A stretch of DNA of 60,654 bases, the filler included, from Dugesia japonica (lineage: Eukaryota): NCBI GenBank assembly GCA_001938525.1. It is 6 parts of 6 records of this genome, joined end to end, with 100 filler letters (N's around TTAATTAATTAA, not from the genome) between each part and the next. Parts side by side here need not be neighbours in the genome. Positions count along the whole stretch, not along the records: positions 8,710 to 17,188 come from MQRL01627831.1; positions 17,289 to 25,867 come from MQRL01603285.1; 4 more parts are not named here. One strand, 5' to 3'. Below the pieces are notes generated by a model that ran no database searches, was not told the DNA's origin, and was given only the letters and a program-made list of their open reading frames with translations. This document shows, piece by piece, positions 11,270 to 23,405 of the stretch. The translations under genes were made by a program, and so were the position numbers. How positions within the stretch are numbered: the first letter of the stretch is position 1; each line of letters begins with the position of its first letter.

Positions 11270-11560
11270 GGCTTGTAGCCGGTTTATTTCAATTACAATG
11301 ATTAATCACAAGCTAACCATCCATAAAAGATGGCTTGTGGCTAGATTCTTTCAATCACTATTGTTAATAACCAGCTAACCGCTTATCCGAATGATTATAT
11401 CTAATTTGCTGTTATTACTATAATTAGATTTATGAGTTTCTTAGAGTGATAGGCTTAGGGCCAGGTTCTTTCGATTGGAATGATCAATCACGAGCTAACC
11501 ATTTATGAAGAACGGCTTGTGATTCTTTCGATTGCTACGGTCAATCACTGGCTAAACAAT
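11270..11560. repeat. Degenerate subrepeats (core TTCTTTCRATT...ATCACxAGCTAACC, four copies), possibly rDNA spacer
   Basis: Copies at about 11282, 11344, 11465 and 11521, next to 28S 3' pieces. Confidence 0.55.
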
Positions 11561-11615
11561 CATTTGGGCACTCATTAATCATATTGAATCCGCTTATAAG
11601 GCGACTTATTTTAGG

Positions 11616-11770
11616 TCACACGTAAACCATTTAAATGGCTCGAACATCCAATCCACTTGCATAGAAAGGTCTGAGTTTAAATATATGGCTAGGCCATACT
11701 CATTGACTTGCGTCGATGAGTAATATAATTGAGCGATTTTATCATGATATCTAGGTGAGATTCAGACTAG
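11616..11770 (-). pseudogene. Second, divergent 28S 3' fragment (copy B)
   Basis: Shares collinear anchors ACACGTAAA, GAGTTTAAATATATGGCTA and GAGATTCAGACT with 10034-10216. Confidence 0.65.
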
Positions 11771-12216
11771 ATAATATGGTCTCTGTAATTTTAGGAATTG
11801 TTGAAAACTTTCAAAGCCAAGTTTTGACGAATACTGACGATTACGAAAAAAGGCTGTTATTTTAAAGAAAATATGCCTAAAGATTTTATGCCAGAATCAG
11901 TCAAGAGATCTAATAATGCTTGCATTTCTCAAGATATGCCTGAATATAAAACGTCTATAAAGATTGATGATTTTGAAGAAAATATATCAAAATATTTTAT
12001 TTCAGAATCTGTCGAGATAAATAATAACTATTGACAATAACTACAATAAAAATGATCTTTAGAAAGACGATCAGAAAGATATGGACTTGGAAAAATGATT
12101 GATTTATCCAAAGGATTGATAAGGACTTCGTGCAAATGATACTCATGCTGGAATCAAATCCAAAAGAAATGTAAGAAAACCTAAGTTTTTATGAAAATAA
12201 AATTTCGATAAAAAAT

Positions 12217-12278
12217 CCACAAGCAGGGATAGTACCTATACAGGGAAACCCCATTGGATTTCAAACTCAACGCCTTAA
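12217..12278 (-). pseudogene. tRNA-Ser(UGA) relic, 5'-truncated
   Basis: The - strand reads TTAAGGCGTTGAGTTTGAAATCCAATGGGGTTTCCCTGTATAGGTACTATCCCTGCTTGTG, matching the metazoan tRNA-Ser-UGA pattern with a long variable arm. The anticodon is at 12261-12263 and the T-loop is mutated. Confidence 0.85.
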
Positions 12279-12424
12279 AATAAAAAATTTTATTATCTAT
12301 TTTATTATCTCAGTCTCTTGGATGTTGTTTCATGCTTCTGTCGGTTACCTTGGAATAAAATAGCTGTCAAGCGCCCATTTTTAAGTTTGATAACCCAATA
12401 AAACGTCATCGGCATATTTTAATT

Positions 12425-12468
12425 GATCCAAAACTGCTGTTCCTTTCGTACTGTGCAGAGTTATTATT
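12425..12468 (-). pseudogene. 28S sarcin-ricin loop fragment (second divergent copy)
   Basis: The - strand reads CTGCACAGTACGAAAGGAACAGCAG. Confidence 0.75.
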
Positions 12469-12576
12469 ATCTTTGATCATTATGGTAGTCTGATCGTTGA
12501 CTTTGTCGTTCTTGTCCCAAATCTGTAACAGATCGTTAACCTTCTCTGGCCTAGTGCTTTTTTTTCGGTGATCACT

Positions 12577-12717
12577 GTAGGTTTCGGCTGGACTCCAGTA
12601 CAGTTCAGGTTAATAACCATTTCAGCCGGACCACATGGAGGTTGTCCACCTAGCACCCACAACAATGAATTACGAAGCAAAACGCCACGCTTTCCAAAAG
12701 TCATAGTTACTCCGGCC
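12577..12717 (-). ncRNA. HDV-like self-cleaving ribozyme (probably decayed) at a 28S/R2- or R5-type 5' junction
   Basis: P1 GGCCGG (12717-12712) pairs with CCGGCU (12629-12624) with a G1-U wobble; P3 ACC/GGU; L3 UCCAUGU. P2 and J4/2 are ambiguous. Confidence 0.65.
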
Positions 12718-12757
12718 GTTAAACAGCGCTTGTTGGAATTTCTTCACGTTGACATTC
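12699..12757 (-). pseudogene. 28S rRNA fragment immediately upstream of the R2/R5 target site
   Basis: The - strand reads GAATGTCAACGTGAAGAAATTCCAACAAGCGCTGTTTAACGGCCGGAGTAACTATGACT, then loses similarity to 28S. Confidence 0.9.
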
Positions 12758-14112
12758 CTAACAGTAGAGAGAGGCTGTTGGGAAGTGTAGAACTGAGCGT
12801 TAAATAGAAGAATATAATGAGAATTACTTAAATCATAACAGTTAAAAAGAAACGACCACAATTTATTGGTGGGATAAATGCAACGAAATGTTTCAGAATA
12901 AAACTGACAGAAGTTAATAACATTGAAACTAGAAGTTTGGGAAGAAGCCACTCAAACGATGATAGAAAGAATTATGCATTATAGGTCTTTAAAGAAACAA
13001 TTAACAAAGATCTAAATAATCTAATTTTGAAATTCGCTGAAATATTAATGGCGTCTAAAATTTGATATAGGACACAAAACAAGTTGAACATGAAATAAAA
13101 GTATTGAGAGATCCCATTTTTAAAGGTATCATCATATATCTAGATGGTATACGATGATATACAGTATATTATCCATAGTGAGTGGAAGGACGGTCAAAGA
13201 TCATCATGAAATTTTGAAAGAAATTTTTAACAGAATCAGAGAATCAGGATTGAGGATAAATTCAGAAAAATGTAAATTTTACCAAAAACAACTGGTCTTT
13301 TTGGGGCATACAATAAGTCCGAAAGGAATTAAAACAAACGAAAGTACGATTTGGGAAATAAAAAATGCCGAAGAATCAAAATGCTCATCTAAACTCTGGT
13401 CTTTTCTTGGCTTAACGAATTATTACAGGTGTTTTAACAGGGATTATTCTAGAATTGCAAAACCTTTCTATGAAGCTATTTCAGGATATGAAAAAACCTT
13501 GATGTGAACAGAAACATGCAGAACAAGTTTTGAAAACTTAAAAGACAAGTTATGTAATGCATCAATTCTAGATTACCCTAGAGAAAATAGAATGTTTATC
13601 CTAGATACTGATGCGAGTTTTGTAGCTATCGGTGCTATGCTGAGCTAAAGAATGGAAGATGGTGAAGAGATATGATTACAACTTTACTTAAAGGAAATTG
13701 TAGCGAGAAAAACTGAGATGCATTACTTCCGAGAATTGAGTTCAGTATAAACTCTTCTGTTCAAGAGTCGACAAAACTTTCACCATTTGAGATTATATTT
13801 AGAAAGCGTATAAATTTGCATGCAAAAACGGAAACCATTTCTGAAAACAAAACAGTTAATCTAGAGACAGTTTGACAAAATTTAAATAAAGCGGCTAATA
13901 AAATGGCGAATTTTGAAAATGANNNNNNNNNNNNNNNNNNNNNNNNNNNNGAGAAGTGGGTGTTAGTTTGTGTAGAACCACACCAAAGAAAGAAAAGTGA
14001 TTTCCAATATAAAGGACCATATCAAATAATGAAGTTCATATCAGTTCGGCAAGTAGAAATCAAATTTTCTCATGGCTCAAATTACAGAAGAAAGAAATGG
14101 AAAGCATTTTGA
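12758..14112 (+). mobile_element. Ty3/Gypsy pol relic: protease C-half, RT, RNase H and integrase C-terminus, followed by a PPT
   Basis: LLGSVELSV...PQFIGGIN; IIYLDG; KCKF...VFLGHTIS; SFLGLTNYYR; FILDTDAS; YKGPYQI; purine tract GAGGAAGAGGGTGAAG at 14111-14126. Confidence 0.9.
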
Positions 14113-14126
14113 GGAAGAGGGTGAAG

Positions 14127-15050
14127 TTGCAATGATTAATATTTTATTTAAATATTATAAGAAATTGTTGTAATTTTGATGTTTATAAATATATTGTATT
14201 TATATGAAGTCTGATTTTGAAAGTAATGTAACTGAGAGTTAAAATCTTGATGATGTTATTTAATAGCTATAATTGGGAAAAGTTAGTTTTGCTGGTCAGC
14301 AATTTAAACTTCATTTTATTTAATATGTACAAAAGAGATCATAAATTAGATCCTTTCACAATGCGAATATTTGTGAAATAGAAAGAGAAATGACAGGTGA
14401 AGATCATAGCATTATAATAGGAAGTTAAAAAGTTGAAGGTTTAATTACAGTTCATTGCCGGTAAATATTACAATATAAAGAATAGAGAATTAATCTTAGT
14501 GTATAACAAAAGATGGTAAGCGGACGTAATAAATAATAATGTGAACAATAAGTCGGCTCTGTTTAGTCGTAGCGCATGTTATGAAGACAGTTTAAAACAT
14601 AAACTGAAGATAAAGAAGTCATAACAGTTGGAAGAAGAGATGGAGATCATGTTATGAAAATAAATTTTCATAAATATCCCGATTTATTATTGCAAAACAA
14701 TGTATGCAATAAATCAAACATCAAAATCTCAAGACAAACTACCACAAAAGTTTGCTAAGCTCAGGGGAAAGAGCAAGAGCAATGGAAAATCGCAGATGCT
14801 TGAAATTTCCATGGTATATGTTTCTAGAAAGAGGTAGGAAGGAAGAATGAAAATTAAAATAGCCACGAATGTGAAAAGTCAGCTCTATTATAAAAGAAAA
14901 TGTATGGTAAGCCAACAAACGTAATTTGTCAATAATTTATTAAACTGAAACATTTACAAATATTTATATTAAAAATCACCTGATATAGGATTTTAAAGTG
15001 CCATTCTTGCATACTGATAGTTATAATATAATCATAATATAATCAATTAT
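14127..15050 (+). mobile_element. Probable 3' LTR of the Gypsy relic
   Basis: Non-coding sequence directly after the PPT, with a TATA-like TATAAAAG at about 14889. The right boundary is uncertain. Confidence 0.4.
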
Positions 15051-15239
15051 CGTTTTTTATTTAAAATATTACTTTGATGAGAAAATAATATCGTTTTTAA
15101 CCTTTATTTTTAAAATCAAATAAGTCATATCCAAATAATATTTATTAGTTGAAATAACATCAATTGCAAACGATACATGCTTGTCTACAAAAAATAAATT
15201 TATTTATCCAGGTAGTATGGAGTTCATGTGTCCTGTAAT

Positions 15240-15639
15240 CAAAGTTCCCTCTAAGCTGCGTGCACGCGCGGCCGCGCAAATTTTACAAAAATTCAGCGCA
15301 AAAATTATATTTGCTGCGCACAAAATTCAGTCTAATAAAAATGTAATTTTAACTCATTTACTATATTATTTAAATTTTATTTTTTCTAAATATAAGTTTA
15401 AGTTACTAGCCATAAAACCTGTATAATTCACAATTACAATAATCAAAAACATAATAATGATATTGCATGCTTCATATTAAATTTCTTTAGTTTGAATATA
15501 GTTGTTGTTCTAGTGTCTGATCTATATATAATGTCAGTAGATATAAAATTATGAGCACCCAAATTTTCCCAACTTTAAAAAATTTGCCCCAAGTAATATT
15601 TTTTCCAGGCATTGACGTCAAAAATTAGAGGAAACATCG
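15240..15639. mobile_element. hAT-type MITE (400 bp)
   Basis: TIRs CAAAGTTCCCTCTAA / TTAGAGGAAACATCG; 8-bp TSD CCTGTAAT / CCTGGAAT (7 of 8 match). Confidence 0.85.
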
Positions 15640-16510
15640 CCTGGAATCAAAAAATTGTCGGATTTTTAGCAGTACACTGGTTAAACGTTTTACCTTGCAA
15701 GAAGAGCCCAAAATGATAATTGGTGGGTGAGCGGTTCAGCTAGTTTGTTGGATGCTGTAAAATTCCATTCTTCGTTGGTAAAGCTCTGCTTTTGGAAAGT
15801 ACTTTGCGACTTGGTCGTGGTTTAACTATTAATAATATTGTGGTTGTCATATACAATCCATTTTTCATTGCAGGTCACTTCGAATTTTTGTTTTTAATTT
15901 AAATCATTAGGCCCCGATTTTCAAGTTTCTTCAACTTGCCCAATTGTTTAAAATGGTCTAACTTTTAAGTGAATTACATTGAACTTTTCATCAAATTTTT
16001 TGTGCGTGAATCTACCATAATCAAATTACTCAATTTATACTTGTCAATTGCAACTGGTCGTTCACGAAACTTTGTCTCCAAGTCTTTGTGATTTATTTAA
16101 ATGATATTAATATTTTATTAAAACTTGTAACTATTTATCATATGAATATTCTATAACTATATATTTGTAGAAAGGCTCTATTGAAAATGGGAGAGGAGTT
16201 GCATTACCTTTCTTGATATTGAATATTAATATGGGATTTTCCAAGATTAGAAGAATTTATTTCGAAGTCAGATTATATTTAGAAAAATGTTTTTTTCGAG
16301 AGGTAGGTAGTTTTGCGAGGTCATGCAATAAGAGGAGAGGATTCAAAATCTATGTTACGTAATTTATGGATGGCATATATTAATACTTATAATTATTTAT
16401 TTGTAGTAACAATTTACAACAATTAGAAAGCATATGTAAAAGACAAACGAATATTTTAAACTAAATTTTATTTCACTGAAAAACGATTCCTATTTTTAAA
16501 AGAATTTATT

Positions 16511-16999
16511 TCAATTTTCTTTCAATTTCGATCGAATTCTCTGCATTAATTTCGGTAGACTACTATCGAGATGAGAATCAACGCAACTTCTGGCACACCG
16601 ACTAACTTCTTTCTCAGCAATTTGTATTTCACTTTCAGTTGGAGATGAAGACATTTTATCTTTCTGTTTATCAGCACAATCCAGCATGCATCGTTGCAAT
16701 CGATTCTAGTAAACAAACAAATATTTCATTGATTTATTTAACTTAAAACGAAATATGATTGCCTGGAATGTATTTATCTCATTTTCAATAAAAGATTGAG
16801 CTTTTGCAACAGGTTGACTGCATTTTGACAAACAATTTTGGACGTCTTCACTGGTCATATCGAAATTCTCGCAACACTTTATCGAACACCGATATTGATC
16901 AGCTTGCATCTTTCTGAGAAAGTCTTTATCAATAGATTCGATTGAGTTTTGAAATGCTTTTTGATAAATTTGTTGCAAGTCATTTAGTTCCCGATTCAT
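16511..16999 (-). CDS. FAM136A: FAM136A homologue, 143 aa; exons 16999-16763 and 16705-16511; 57-bp GC-AG intron
   Basis: LRKMQ...CSIKCC...VQNCLSKCSQP...FQ|NRLQRCMLDCADK...RCARSCVDSH with twin CX3C motifs. The spliced frame is open end to end. Confidence 0.92.
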
Positions 17000-17288
17000 C
17001 TAAACAAAAAATATATCTGATAAAAATCAAAGTTTATTTACATAAATAAACTGAAAATTTAATTTTTCAATTTTGATAACCGAAGCTCGATTAAATCTTT
17101 AACATTACATTTTAAATAATACAAATAAATAATATTTATAAAAAAGAATGATTGATAATTATATCAGATAATAGATAAATAATTTTTTNNNNNNNNNNNN
17201 NNNNNNNNNNNNNNNNNNNNNNNNNNNNNNNNTTAATTAATTAANNNNNNNNNNNNNNNNNNNNNNNNNNNNNNNNNNNNNNNNNNNN

Positions 17289-18939
17289 GTTTGATTAGTT
17301 TGATTTCCTCTATTTCTTCTTGCCATTTACATCTCTCTATCTTTATCATCTGATTTATCTGTATTGTTTTCATCTTCTCCATCTTTGGATCTTTAAGTTG
17401 CATTTGACATTGAGTGCACGTTCCGCATTTTATTCTTGAGAGCATATATGAGTTTTTGTGTTTTTTGCCTTGTCTATATATTAGTTCCATGTCTAAGCTG
17501 CTAAGGTAATTCATCCATGTCTAGAATTGAGGTGTTATCGGTTTGTTCGTCTTTTTAATGAATACGATGGTTTTGTGATCTGTTCTCGTTATGAATTTAT
17601 TTCCATATAAATAATGTTTAAAGTGGTTGCAGAAGTAGAAATTTGCTAGTAATTCCTTCCGTGTGATACAATAACCCTTCTCATGTGATGATATTGCATG
17701 TGAGCCGTAAGCAATTACTCTTTCTCTTCTATCATCATCATTTTGTGATAGAACCGCTCCTTTGTGTCAAAGCTGGCGTCAGTATCTAAATAAATGTCAT
17801 CTTTATATCAGGAAATAATAAAGTAAGTGCTTCTATCAGGGCTTGTTTCATTTCTGCGAAAGCTTTCTCACATCTATTTGACCATATTAGTTTCATGCTG
17901 TTACTTCCACATAATTCTTCTAGGGCTCTTGATTTCTTTGAATAATTCTTGATGAATCTTAAATAATTTCATATTCCGAGAAAGCTTCTCAGGTTCTTTA
18001 CGCATTTGGGTTTCTCGAAATTTTTGATAGCTTCGATTTTCATTGGATCTGTTTGAATTCCTTCTTCATCTATTATGTGGCCAAGAAATTTCACTTCTTT
18101 GCGTAATAGTTGACATTTTTCCGGATTCACTCTCAACTCGGCCGTTTGGATCCGCTCTAATACCTGACCCTGAATNNNNNNNNNNNNNNNNNNNNNNNNN
18201 NNNNNNNNNNNNNNNNNNNNNNNNNNNNNNNNNNNNNNNNNNNNNNNNNNNNNNNNNNNNNNNNNNNNNNNNNNNCTGGGGCTGCTGCTATGCCGAATGG
18301 CATTCTTGTGAAGCAATATTGACCATTTCTTGTCGAAAAGGCTGTTTTCACTTCTGACTCTTTTTCTAACGGTACCTGGTAATACGCCTTTCCCAAGTCT
18401 ATCGTACTGAAATATTTGGCTTCATACAAATTGTCTAAAATTTCTTCTACGTTTGGCATCGGAAAGGCCTGTCGTTCCGTAACTGTATTTAGTTTTCTGA
18501 AGTCCAAGCAAAGTCTCACATCCTTTCTTTCTTTTCCCCAGACGCATATCAGCAGTGTGTTCCACTGCAAATTACATTTTCTTATAATATTAGCGTCCAC
18601 TAAATTCTTTATGGCTGTATCTATTTTTTTTCTAGACTCATGGGTTGTCCACAATGCTTTGTATTTATGGTTTACCCTTTGTCACTATCTTGTGTTCCAC
18701 CAACGTTTTTGGTGGCATTCGTATGCTTCTCTAAAGTCTCGATCAATTAAGCCAACCACCAAGAGGTTTTTAACCTTTTTCTTTACACCAATACATTCAA
18801 AGTATTTGGTGCAACCATTGATAAACTGTTCAATATTGTCCCCATGCAGGTAAATTCCTGGGTGTAGTGCTTCTCGAATGAGGTCCATTGAAGCGTTTGT
18901 CGCCATGTTAGTTACTGATAAACTTTCTGAAAAGTCCAT
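17289..18939 (-). mobile_element. Ty3/Gypsy relic: gag N-terminus fused by deletion to RT-RNase H
   Basis: RLCLDFRKLN; YFSTIDLGKAYYQV; KTAF; RMPFGI; VKFLGHII; LRSFLG; YCITRKELLA; YRQGKKH. Confidence 0.93.
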
Positions 18940-21900
18940 AAAATTTCAAATTTTCAAATCTTCAAAAAAAACTATTTTTTTAAAAGCTGATTATTTAAAC
19001 AAAACTTTTTAAATATTTTAAAAAATTCTTGAAATCTTTTATAACATTTTCTTCAAAAATAAAATTTCTATTTCAAATTTTTAATCCTTAAATATTTTTA
19101 AAAGTTCTTGAAATCTTTTGAATCATTTTCTTTAAACTTTAAAGTGCGATTTTCAATTTTTAATCCTTATAGAGGCAATTAATTATCAATATCAAATATG
19201 AAAAATATAGATTGCCAAACTTTGGACTTCAGGCAATCCGAAATTTCATACTTAATGACCTAATAAGCAAACTCTTGTTGGTTCGTTAAGCAATTTCTGC
19301 TTATCAGTCCAAGTGATCAATCAACAATTCTAGACTTTCTCTACTGCAGACGTTTGAACAAAAATAGAGATTTTCTCCATTTATTTTGTTAAATTATAAT
19401 GAGGTTACTTCAATGTGTGCATTCAGATTGAAAGTGTTTTATGCAGTTTTCAATATTATAGACATGAAGAATTCAAAGATATTCTTGTTGAAATCAATTC
19501 AATAATATGTTTACCAGAAACAATTTTTATGTTCTCCAGAAAATATTTGATAATATCCTCGCCATAAATAATTCAACGGTAAGTTTGCTGAATAAATCAA
19601 CGTATACATGCTAACTCTTATTAGATAATAAAATTATTTTCATTTATCTTTTAGTTTTACTTAATGTTTAAGTTTCTTTAATAATTATCATCAGATGTTT
19701 ACAATTTTAAAATTCATAATTATATCATCAATTGTATTCCAGATTAAATTAATAAACTTTATCTCTATATGCAATGTCAATTTTGTATTCATTCAGTATA
19801 ATCGTTGTTTTCTTGCTTATTTTTTAATAAAATCTCAATAAATAATTTGTTTGTGGTTTCATGAATTTGTTTAAATACAGCTCTAATTAATTGTCCACAA
19901 ACAAACTTAAATTAAATCAGGATTCATAAGCATTACAATATTAAAATTAAGAGACGTCGGTTTAAGAATCAAAAATATTAAAAGATTGAAGTTTATGCGA
20001 GCTATCAAACTAAATTTTCATCCTTCACAAATAATTTATACATGTTAGTTGAGAGCAATTAATAATATACTTTCGAATACTACGAATTAGAAATTTGTGG
20101 AAATTAGAGAGATATGCCTGTAGGCTAAATTAATCTCATTATACTTACATAATAGATCCCGATATCATTGAACACATGTATACTCGGGAAACGTTTATAG
20201 TACCTATAAGCCCTGCTGAATTACTAACAGCCGAGAACAATCCTAGGACAACAAACTCTTTCTTTTAAAACAATACTGTAATTAGAAGCAAATTTTCAAA
20301 TAAAGTAAAATTTAATTTAAAATTAATTAAGCACTTAATAAATGTTTATTTTAAATATATGACTTCCATATTTAAATTCTTCGGAAAATATTTGACATAA
20401 TAATATGGAACTGAAACAACTAAATTAACATGCTTTATCATATACAAATACAATCAAGTGTATAATTTATTTAAACTAGCAATGCAATATGATTATGTAA
20501 TCATCTCAATACATAAATCGCGATTATATAAAAAAAACCAATGTCATATGAATAATGTCTAGATAATATATCAAAATATTATCCTCTAAATATCTTAAAC
20601 AATTACTAGAAATTATTTATTTATTAACATTACTTTACTAAAATTATTAACAAATACACCCATCATTTATCCAATCATTATTTCGTTTTCAATTTAAGAA
20701 AATATTAAACAAAGCAAATATTTAAAAAATTGCTCAACTGAATAATTATTTCAATTTAATAAAATAAATAATTATTATAAAGCATCGTATTTTTTCTTTA
20801 AATACAAATTTCTCAAAGCTTATAAGATACTAACGACAGAGAATAATTCAAAGCATGATCGTGCTATTATAAAAAGATTTTTTCTTACAATGTTTACTAT
20901 TAGTCGGTAAAAATCCAATTACTTTTAATATATTTCTAATTGGATTCATGGCTTAGTACAAAATACATTGAAATTATTTCTTAATTGGTTTATAAATTGA
21001 TTTAAATTTATAAATTGATTTATATATCAATATCTAAAGAATCATTTTATTTTTAAGTATTAATGGCCACTTTTTAATGACACTAGTTGGAAATTCTTAA
21101 AGAAATCACGATTGAATTAATTTTATAATATGATAGACTGATAAATAGGCATTTATATGCAACGCATGAACGACTAATTGTTAATCAAAATCAACCCAGC
21201 AGACAGAGAATCGGATACATATTATTCCATTCCGGATTCTCCTTATCAACCTACTGTAGATAATTGAAGGACTCTCTGCAAAGGAAGCAGCTAGATTCAT
21301 AAGATAAAAGCTGTATTTTTTCCTATAATGTTGGTGAGACAAATGAAAATAGTCCGTGATAAAAAGCTACACTTGTTCAAAGAGACTTTGGTTCAAAGTA
21401 AAAATGTTGTTTGTTAAAAAAAATTAATGTCAATGTCAGTTTTACTGTTTATGTTCAATTGGTTTATTTTATTCTAGAGTTTGTCTATTGTTTATTTTGA
21501 TAGAAATGTTACAATTGAATTTGAAATTCAATTTTTGACAATAGTAAAATTTTAGACAGAATTTTTCTAATTTTATTTTATCCCAGAGGCATCATGAGGA
21601 ATATTTACTAAAATTTGCGATGATGAATTTCTAATTATCGTAGGGCAATAAAACTTTTGAAAAATTGAAGATTTAAGTGATTCTGATTGTTTGTTGATTT
21701 TCTTATTCAAGTATTTCTGAGTTATTTCATATTGTATTTCAATTATTAAAATATAGTTTGCGTGACATGTATTATAAAAAAGCAACAACTAATGTTTAAC
21801 TATTTTATTGATTTACAAAAATTATCTCACAGCGAGTCAGGTATTCCGGGAACATGTAATTTAAACACATCAGCCAACTCTTCTGGTGTCGAAAGTTGTC

Positions 21901-22369
21901 CGTACAATGTGTTCTTTACATATCGATTTACAAACGTCATAAGGAGCCACATCAAGACTGACAGATGATTCATCAACTCAACGTTGTTTTCACTGATGTG
22001 TGTAAACTTGCATTGCAGTGATTTATTTTGTATTGAAAATTTTAAAAACCCGGGAAAATTAAAAATTTATGAATTTGCATTTAAATAGAAGCATATACAA
22101 TATATTTGCAATATAAAATGTATATTACAATGGAAAGCCTTGTTATATAATGCCTACATAGAATAATACATTCACTATATCTACGTTATTTGTATAAAAT
22201 AAATAATTTTCGAAAATACTGAAGACATTTGTAATTCAAAAAGTAAGCGTAAGTTTTTAAATTATAAATATATTTACTATTTTGGAAGATTGTTATGTAA
22301 CATAACAAAAGTAAATAATACTAACAAAACCAAATTATATTTATATCACATGCATATTCTATTATTTAT

Positions 22370-22935
22370 TCACTTTTTATTTTAAAAAATATAAAGAATA
22401 CTAATGCATCAAAGGTATGATCATTCAACTTACTTCTTAATTAACTTACTGCAGAAAATACCCGCTCATGTTCAATGCTTGATGGTGGAATTGATAACAA
22501 ATACTTTAATTCTAAATTTTGTTCTCGGATTCTACCATTTTCAAATAGATTCATTTCCTTCTAAAAAGCATCAATTAAATTAGTTGTCCGTTTGTTGTAA
22601 GTGTAAAATGATGTTTAATTATTTTTTTCGCTGAAGGCTAATTATTGACACTATCATCTCCACTCAAACTAGGTATATCATGACGAGTTTTATTAACTGT
22701 TAAACAGTGTTTGCTTAATAAATGTGTATGGAGACCTTTTAAGATTAATCGACATTTCTTACAATTTGCTATTTTATTAATGTTTGACCACACTGAATTT
22801 GTATCTCCATCTGTTTTGTGTAAAATGTATGACTTTACAGACATATTTCAGTTTTAAAATATTCTATATTAAAATTTTATTATAATCCCGAAAATCCAGA
22901 GATATTTGCGATCAGAAATATACCGGCAATTCCTA
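22370..22935 (-). mobile_element. Internally deleted hAT transposase relic (BED finger and dimerisation domain)
   Basis: SVW...ANCKKC...LHTHLLSKH and KYLLSIPPSSIEHERVFSA. Confidence 0.8.
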
Positions 22936-23370
22936 CTTATAAAAAAACGTAATTACTTATTTTCAATTTATATTTAAATAAAAAAATCTTTTGAGAATTT
23001 CAAATGAAATGACAAAAAATACTCAACTCTGAATTTTTAAAACAACCTCAACATTAATATTTGCTGGCACCACGTGTTTAATTAATGTTCCGTTATATCG
23101 CATGAAATAATTTTGGAATTCAATAACATTTAAGTAACTTAAATAAGTGTTCTCAGTATTCTCAGTCATTATGAACGTTCACGTGGAGATGTTTACTAGC
23201 TATTATGTACTGCGTAATCAAGAAAAATAAGTTAATATTTAATAAATTAGTACTATACGGTTTATGTAAATTTTAACGTTAACAGGTGAAAAATAAATTT
23301 AGAGGCAGTAAAATTGAACATTCATTTAAAATAAAAGCTTTGATCAAAATTAGTTTTTTTTGGTTTTTGA

Positions 23371-23405
23371 AATTCCTGACGAAGGCAAAGTCGAAATATA
23401 GAATT
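23371..23405 (+). ncRNA. Minimal type I hammerhead ribozyme (Penelope pLTR type)
   Basis: AATTC-CTGACGA-AGGCAAAGTC-GAAA-TATA-GAATT: core boxes, short helix II, and helix I AATTC/GAATT. Confidence 0.8.

Noticed and set aside
12480-12951. Overlapping ORFs 12480..12704, 12568..12807 and 12670..12951
   Set aside because: They cross 28S, ribozyme and Gypsy junctions and are chance frames in GC-richer sequence.
19250-22000. Coding-like patches at about 19300-19580, 21150-21400 and 21760-22000
   Set aside because: They have frequent stops and no motif I could assign; probably old transposon debris.
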